This document shows, piece by piece, positions 7,330-10,748 of a stretch of 10,748 bases of DNA. The notes beneath the pieces are model-generated. The model worked only from the letters and a program-made list of their open reading frames with translations, was not told where the DNA came from and made no database searches. Numbering within the stretch: the stretch's first letter is position 1; each line of letters begins with the position of its first letter. The stretch is taken from the NCBI GenBank assembly GCA_033551855.1, contig JAWSUI010000087.1, positions 1 to 10,748 on the forward strand, read 5' to 3'. Position numbers and translations under genes: made by a program. The DNA comes from Deferrisomatales bacterium (GTDB lineage Bacteria > Desulfobacterota > Deferrisomatia > Deferrisomatales > JACRMM01).

Positions 7330-7388
7330 CCATATCCCAGGCCGCTCGCTGGCGGACTTGCGGTCGCCGGCAGGCACCGACGGCACGG

Positions 7389-7417
7389 GTGCCCCGTCGT
7401 GCTGCACGGCGGGGCAC
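7389..7417. repeat. 29-bp near-perfect palindrome
   Basis: GTGCCCCGTCGTGC-T-GCACGGCGGGGCAC, 14-bp arms with a single G-T pair. Confidence 0.7.
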
Positions 7418-7429
7418 GGAGGACGTTTC

Positions 7430-7480
7430 GTCTTGACGACAGGGTAGCAGAGGGGAGGTAACGAATGGCTAACACGCGAG
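7430..7480. repeat. Conserved intergenic motif, copy 2 (paralog of 2580-2631)
   Basis: GTCTTGACGACAGGGTAGCAGAGGGGAGGTA...ATG...AACAC; 27/31 identity to copy 1. Confidence 0.8.
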
Positions 7481-7650
7481 GGCGACCGGGAAGGGGAGGA
7501 GGCCCGTGCGGGGGGGGCGTGGCAAGGGACGGACCGGCGGCGTGGGTACTGTCGACCGGAACGCGCCGTGTGCGCTTGGGGGGGGGCCCGCGGACGGAAC
7601 CCGCTGAGGTCCGTGCCCGCCATGCGGAGGCCAAGCTCCGTCGTGTGCGG

Positions 7651-7678
7651 GTGGGGTGGGCATTGCCCACCCTTCTAC
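7651..7678 (+). repeat. GTRG-family REP-like palindrome; may also terminate the upstream minus-strand operon
   Basis: GTGG + GGTGGGCA-T-TGCCCACC + CTTCTAC; perfect 9-bp arms (7654-7662, 7664-7672); about 35 bp past the stop at 7709. Confidence 0.62.
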
Positions 7679-7708
7679 GCTCCCCGCTGACGATTCTTTG
7701 CCGGGTCC

Positions 7709-8116
7709 TCAGGCCTGCGCCGGCTGGGGCGCGGTCATGAGCCGGTAGAGGGCGAGGCCCACCAGGAAGTCCGCCGTGGCCATGGCGCTGTAGGGGAAGG
7801 TCGTGTGCAGGAACCACCCCAGGGGGTCAGCGCCCGGCGTCACCGGCAGCTGGCCCGTCAGGGTCCGCACGAGGGTGAAGTCGGTCATCAGGATGATCCC
7901 GAGGAACGCGATGAAGCTGTTGAGGAGCACCCCCCACACGGCCGTGCGCCGCGAGAGGAAGAGGGAGCTGACGATGAGGAGGTCGGCCGCGGCGAAGAGG
8001 TTCCCCCAAAGGTAGACCGTCCCTCGACTGGGCGGGTGGATGCGGTAGTGCATCATCACCGCGCCGATGGCCAGGCCCAGCAGGGCCAACCAGAGCATCC
8101 GTCGTTCGGCCGCCAT
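7709..8116 (-). CDS. Hypothetical 4-TM membrane protein with HxRIHPP motif
   Basis: RBS GGAGG; four hydrophobic helices; His in GAVMMHYRIHPP and WFLHTT; intramembrane Asp in AADLL and TADFL. Confidence 0.85.
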   Translation of the reverse strand: MAAERRMLWLALLGLAIGAVMMHYRIHPPSRGTVYLWGNLFAAADLLIVSSLFLSRRTAVWGVLLNSFIAFLGIILMTDFTLVRTLTGQLPVTPGADPLGWFLHTTFPYSAMATADFLVGLALYRLMTAPQPAQA

Positions 8117-8127
8117 GAGGCCCCTCC

Positions 8128-8226
8128 CTAGAATTTCGCGGTATACCCCAGCAGGAAAACCAGCGTGACCGCCACCGCGTGGAGAACGATCCAGCCCGGC
8201 TTCGGGTACATCAGGTGCCGCAGCAT
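8128..8226 (-). CDS. 32-aa single-TM His microprotein (cytochrome b559 subunit-like), not in ORF track
   Basis: MLRHLMYPKPGWIVLHAVAVTLVFLLGYTAKF*; RBS GGAGG 7 nt before the ATG; 4 nt from the previous stop and 11 nt from the next start; mostly G/C third positions. Confidence 0.8.
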   Translation of the reverse strand: MLRHLMYPKPGWIVLHAVAVTLVFLLGYTAKF

Positions 8227-8230
8227 CCCG

Positions 8231-8341
8231 TCACCTCCCCACGTAAAGGGCCGCGAGCCGGCCCGCTGTGTACACCACCGCCAGGCCCACGAAGTGCACC
8301 ACCCACCACCGGGCGGTCAGGAATCGCCACTCCCGCTTCAT
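8231..8341 (-). CDS. 36-aa single-TM His microprotein (cytochrome b559 subunit-like), not in ORF track
   Basis: MKREWRFLTARWWVVHFVGLAVVYTAGRLAALYVGR*; RBS GAGGAGGAG directly upstream; basic N-terminus plus one TM helix; paralogous to 8128-8226. Confidence 0.8.
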   Translation of the reverse strand: MKREWRFLTARWWVVHFVGLAVVYTAGRLAALYVGR

Positions 8342-8462
8342 CTCTCCTCCTCACGGCCTCAGATCGGTGCTCCCCCCTGCCGGTGGGCGCGCCCTGCTGA
8401 AGGCTGCTGCCGCTGCATTCGGCAAGCTCCGTCGCCGCCGAGCGGACAGCCTCGGCCCACAC

Positions 8463-8491
8463 TGGATAGCACCGGGGTGGGGCTTGGTCAA
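8463..8491 (-). promoter_or_regulatory. Possible sigma70 promoter for the microprotein operon
   Basis: Minus strand TTGACC-N17-TATCCA with an extended TG; the -10 lacks the final T. Hairpin GCCGAG/CTCGGC (8437-8456) at the predicted start. Confidence 0.4.
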
Positions 8492-8784
8492 GGCCATGCC
8501 GACAACCTGGATTCACCGGCTGGTCGGCAAGCGGAGTCCGGGATCCCGTGCGTTTCGCCCCGCAATCCGCGGTAATTCGAGGAAGTGTCCCCGCGGTCCC
8601 CGGTGCGCCGGGCTTCACCCGCTTGCACCGGGCTCGCCGACTCGGTGGATGCGGTGCGGGGCTGCACTCCTGGGCTCGCGGACTCCGCCCCACAATGTGG
8701 TGGATTCTGGGACAACTGACGCCCCAGCAGGGGTGCCCCCCGGCGGCTTCCGGGGGTGGGGGAAGAACGGCTTTTTCCCTGGAG

Positions 8785-8827
8785 TTGACCCACGTCATGT
8801 CGGCCCGCGCGGGTCCTCGGCTATCCT
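8785..8827 (+). promoter_or_regulatory. Crp/Fnr-family (HcpR/Dnr-like) box with -10 element, class II activated promoter
   Basis: TTGA-CCCACG-TCAT (8785-8798) resembles TTGA-N6-TCAA; TATCCT at 8822-8827 places the box centre near -42. Confidence 0.65.
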
Positions 8828-8868
8828 GCGTCCAAGTTGGACGGAAGAGCGAAGACGGAGGACCGACC

Positions 8869-9105
8869 ATGAACTTTCCCAATGGGCTCGGCGACCGGGC
8901 CATCAACGACGTCGTCGCCGAGCACCCCACGATCGGCTCCATCCTGGAGAGGCACGAGATCGGCTGCGTCACCTGCGGCGTGGGCATCTGCCTGCTCAAG
9001 GACGTGGTGTCGATCCACGGCCTGCCCGCGGACGCGGAGCAGGCAATCGAACGGGAGATCACGAGCTACCTCGAGAGCGTACCCCACAGCAAAGAGGAGA
9101 CCTGA
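8869..9105 (+). CDS. DUF1858-like small CxxC protein (hybrid cluster protein-associated redox disulfide domain)
   Basis: RBS GGAGGA at 8857-8862, ATG 8869; INDVVAEHPTIGSILERHEIGCVTC...LKDVVSIHGL; 78 aa. Confidence 0.85.
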   Translation: MNFPNGLGDRAINDVVAEHPTIGSILERHEIGCVTCGVGICLLKDVVSIHGLPADAEQAIEREITSYLESVPHSKEET

Positions 9106-9106
9106 G

Positions 9107-9565
9107 ATGACCAACCTGGCTTGCGGCTGCCCCGGCTCCAACGTGCGCACCCTGCATCGATCCCCGAGTCCCGCCCCCCAGGATCCCGCCCGGGTCCCTT
9201 CGGAGCTCCGGCAGTGGCCCACCCAGCTCCGGCTGGTCCCCCCGACGGCCCCCTGGCTCCAGGGCGCGGACCTCCTGGTGGCGGCCGACTGCGGGCCCTT
9301 TGCCTACGGCGATTACCACCGGGATTTCCTCAAGGGCCGGGTGGTGGTGAACGCGTGCCCCAAGCTCGACGAGGCAGGGCCCTACGTGGAGAAGCTGGCC
9401 GAGATCTTCCGGCAGAACGACCTGCGGTCGATCACGGTGGCCATCATGGAGGTGCCGTGCTGCAAGGGGCTCGAGGTGATCGTGCGGCAGGCCCTGGCGG
9501 CTTCGGGGAAGGCCATTCCCCTCGACGTGGCCGTGATCGGGGTCGACGGCGAGAGGAGGCAGTGA
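9107..9565 (+). CDS. Cys-rich iron-sulfur cluster-binding protein (C-terminal domain of the hcp-associated ferredoxin family)
   Basis: ATG 1 nt after the upstream stop; motifs CGCPGS, SELRQWPTQLRLVPP, LLVAADC, ACPKLD, MEVPCCKGL; 152 aa. Confidence 0.87.
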   Translation: MTNLACGCPGSNVRTLHRSPSPAPQDPARVPSELRQWPTQLRLVPPTAPWLQGADLLVAADCGPFAYGDYHRDFLKGRVVVNACPKLDEAGPYVEKLAEIFRQNDLRSITVAIMEVPCCKGLEVIVRQALAASGKAIPLDVAVIGVDGERRQ

Positions 9566-9567
9566 CC

Positions 9568-10137
9568 GTGCGCGACGTGACCTCCGTGCTCACCGAGGAG
9601 CACCGTCTGATCCTGCGGATGATCGACCTGGTGGAGCACAACACGCGGTTGGTCGAAGAGGGGGGGTTCTCGGACTGGGACTTCTACCTGGACGCGGTCG
9701 ACTTCATCCGCCACTACGCCGACCGGTTCCACCACGCCAAGGAGGAGGACGTGCTCTTCCGAGAGCTCGTGCGGAACGGGATGCCGGAGCAAAACTCGCC
9801 GGTGGCGGCCATGCTGATGGCCCACGACCAGGGGCGGGCGTTCGTCCGGGGCATGGAGGAGGCGGCTCGTCGCGCCAAGGGCGGCGACGCCTCGGCACCG
9901 GCGGCCGTGGCCGAGAACGCCCGCGGCTACGCCGCACTCCTGCGGGACCACATCGACAAGGAAGACAACATCCTCTATCCCCTGGCCGAGCGGGTCCTCC
10001 CGGCGGGCTGGCGCGACGCCATGGCGGCCGAGTACGAGGGAGCCGAACGGCCGGGCATCCAGGAACGCTACCAGGAGTTGGTGGAGCGGCACGAGGAGCG
10101 CGCCCGCCAGGGCCGGGCCAGGGCTTCCGCGGCCTGA
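9568..10137 (+). CDS. Hemerythrin-like (HHE cation-binding) domain protein
   Basis: EEHRLI, HHAKEEDVLF, AHDQGR, DHIDKEDNILYP. GTG 9568 is 8 nt after GGAGG (9555-9559); GTG 9562 overlapping the upstream stop is an alternative. Confidence 0.92.
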   Translation: MRDVTSVLTEEHRLILRMIDLVEHNTRLVEEGGFSDWDFYLDAVDFIRHYADRFHHAKEEDVLFRELVRNGMPEQNSPVAAMLMAHDQGRAFVRGMEEAARRAKGGDASAPAAVAENARGYAALLRDHIDKEDNILYPLAERVLPAGWRDAMAAEYEGAERPGIQERYQELVERHEERARQGRARASAA

Positions 10138-10187
10138 GACCGCTCCGCCGGCCGTTTCCCGGATGATCCAGATTTCGGGGCGCGCGT

Positions 10188-10230
10188 GGCCTCCCCCGGG
10201 GTGACCGTGCGGGGGAGGCCTCTCCGTTGT
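10188..10230 (+). terminator. GC-rich hairpin after the hemerythrin gene, possible terminator
   Basis: GGCCTCCCCCG (10188-10198) and CGGGGGAGGCC (10210-10220), perfect 11-bp stem; U-tract weak (TCTCCGTTGT). Confidence 0.5.
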
Positions 10231-10321
10231 GCCGAGCGCCGCTTGACTCCCGAAGGCAATGCGGGCAGAAGAGGCGGGTCCGCCCTCGGCTCGGACCGGG
10301 GGCGGCGGCTCGGGAGGCGGC

Positions 10322-10748
10322 ATGGACGGCGCGTGGGTCTACCCCCTGCTCTTCGGGGCGGGGCTGGTGGCGGGCACCATCAACGTAGTGGCCGGGGGGG
10401 GGTCGTTCCTTACCCTCCCGGTCCTCATCTTCGTGGGGCTCCCCCCCACGATCGCCAATGCCACCAACCGCGTGGGGGTGCTGCTCCAGAACGTGGGGGC
10501 CGTGTGGGGGTTTCACCGGCACGGCGTGCTCGACTGGCGCAGCGTCGCCTGGGCGGCCTTCCCGGCCGCCCTGGGTTCCCTGCTGGGCACGTGGGCGGCC
10601 CTGCGGGTGGGGGACGAGGCGTTCCAGCGCATCCTCGCGTTCCTGATGATCGCCGTGACCCTGTGGTCCCTGTGGAACCCGCTCCGGGGGCGGGCCGCGA
10701 AGGGCGGGGGCGGGCTCCGGGTGGGGCTGCTCGCGGCGGGCTTCTTCG
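10322..10748 (+). CDS. Sulfite exporter TauE/SafE (TSUP) family protein, 5' part, runs off window
   Basis: RBS GGGAGG; MDGAWVYPLLFGAGLVAGTINVVAGGGSFLTLPVLIFVGLPPTIANATNRVGVLLQ; frame open to the window end. Confidence 0.92.
   Translation, partial: MDGAWVYPLLFGAGLVAGTINVVAGGGSFLTLPVLIFVGLPPTIANATNRVGVLLQNVGAVWGFHRHGVLDWRSVAWAAFPAALGSLLGTWAALRVGDEAFQRILAFLMIAVTLWSLWNPLRGRAAKGGGGLRVGLLAAGFF

Noticed and set aside
7465..7740. 91-aa ORF with a good SD sequence
   Set aside because: Gly/Arg low complexity, runs through the REP palindrome and overlaps the convergent gene; the paralogous start at 2615 is ATG-TGA. Not excluded, but unsupported.
8380..8436. Minus-strand GGCGACGGAGCTTGCC in the microprotein leader resembles the 5' stem-loop of a fluoride riboswitch
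   Set aside because: The downstream conserved segments and pseudoknot partner (UGAC-CCU-like) are absent, and no fluoride-related gene follows.
8600..8756. Short palindromes in the divergent intergenic region (8601-8630, CCACAATGTGG 8690-8700, 8737-8756)
   Set aside because: Short or GC-rich stems expected by chance; no second copy or known consensus supports them.
10243..10271. TTGACT as -35 for the TauE/SafE gene
   Set aside because: No credible -10 at 16-18 nt spacing.

Overview
GC-rich bacterial window; gene content and promoter style suggest a deltaproteobacterium (inference). Left 5 kb: an HUH/Y1 (RAYT-like) tyrosine transposase and five copies of a ~20-bp GGCCTGTCCC(C)TTT-type repeat. 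The repeats flank the transposase, bracket a promoterless outer-membrane beta-barrel gene like a cassette, and form a ~90-bp inverted-repeat mini-element. Between and beyond them lie two coupled lipoprotein genes and a large surface lipoprotein (IPT/TIG, 7-bladed YncE/YVTN propeller, InlB B-repeat-like domain). Two long intergenic regions (about 2340-2630 and 7190-7480) share one layout: sigma54-like site, GGCA-N5-TGC enhancer-like box, and a 31-bp conserved motif. Top finding: two microprotein ORFs missed by the ORF track (8231-8341, 36 aa; 8128-8226, 32 aa). They are paralogous single-TM peptides with a W-x3-H-x7-[FY]-x2-G pattern matching the heme-binding helices of photosystem II cytochrome b559 (PsbE/PsbF), and sit in an operon with a His-containing 4-TM protein. 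Divergently transcribed is a Crp/Fnr (HcpR-like) box-preceded operon (DUF1858-like CxxC protein, Cys-rich Fe-S protein, hemerythrin), followed by a partial TauE/SafE transporter.
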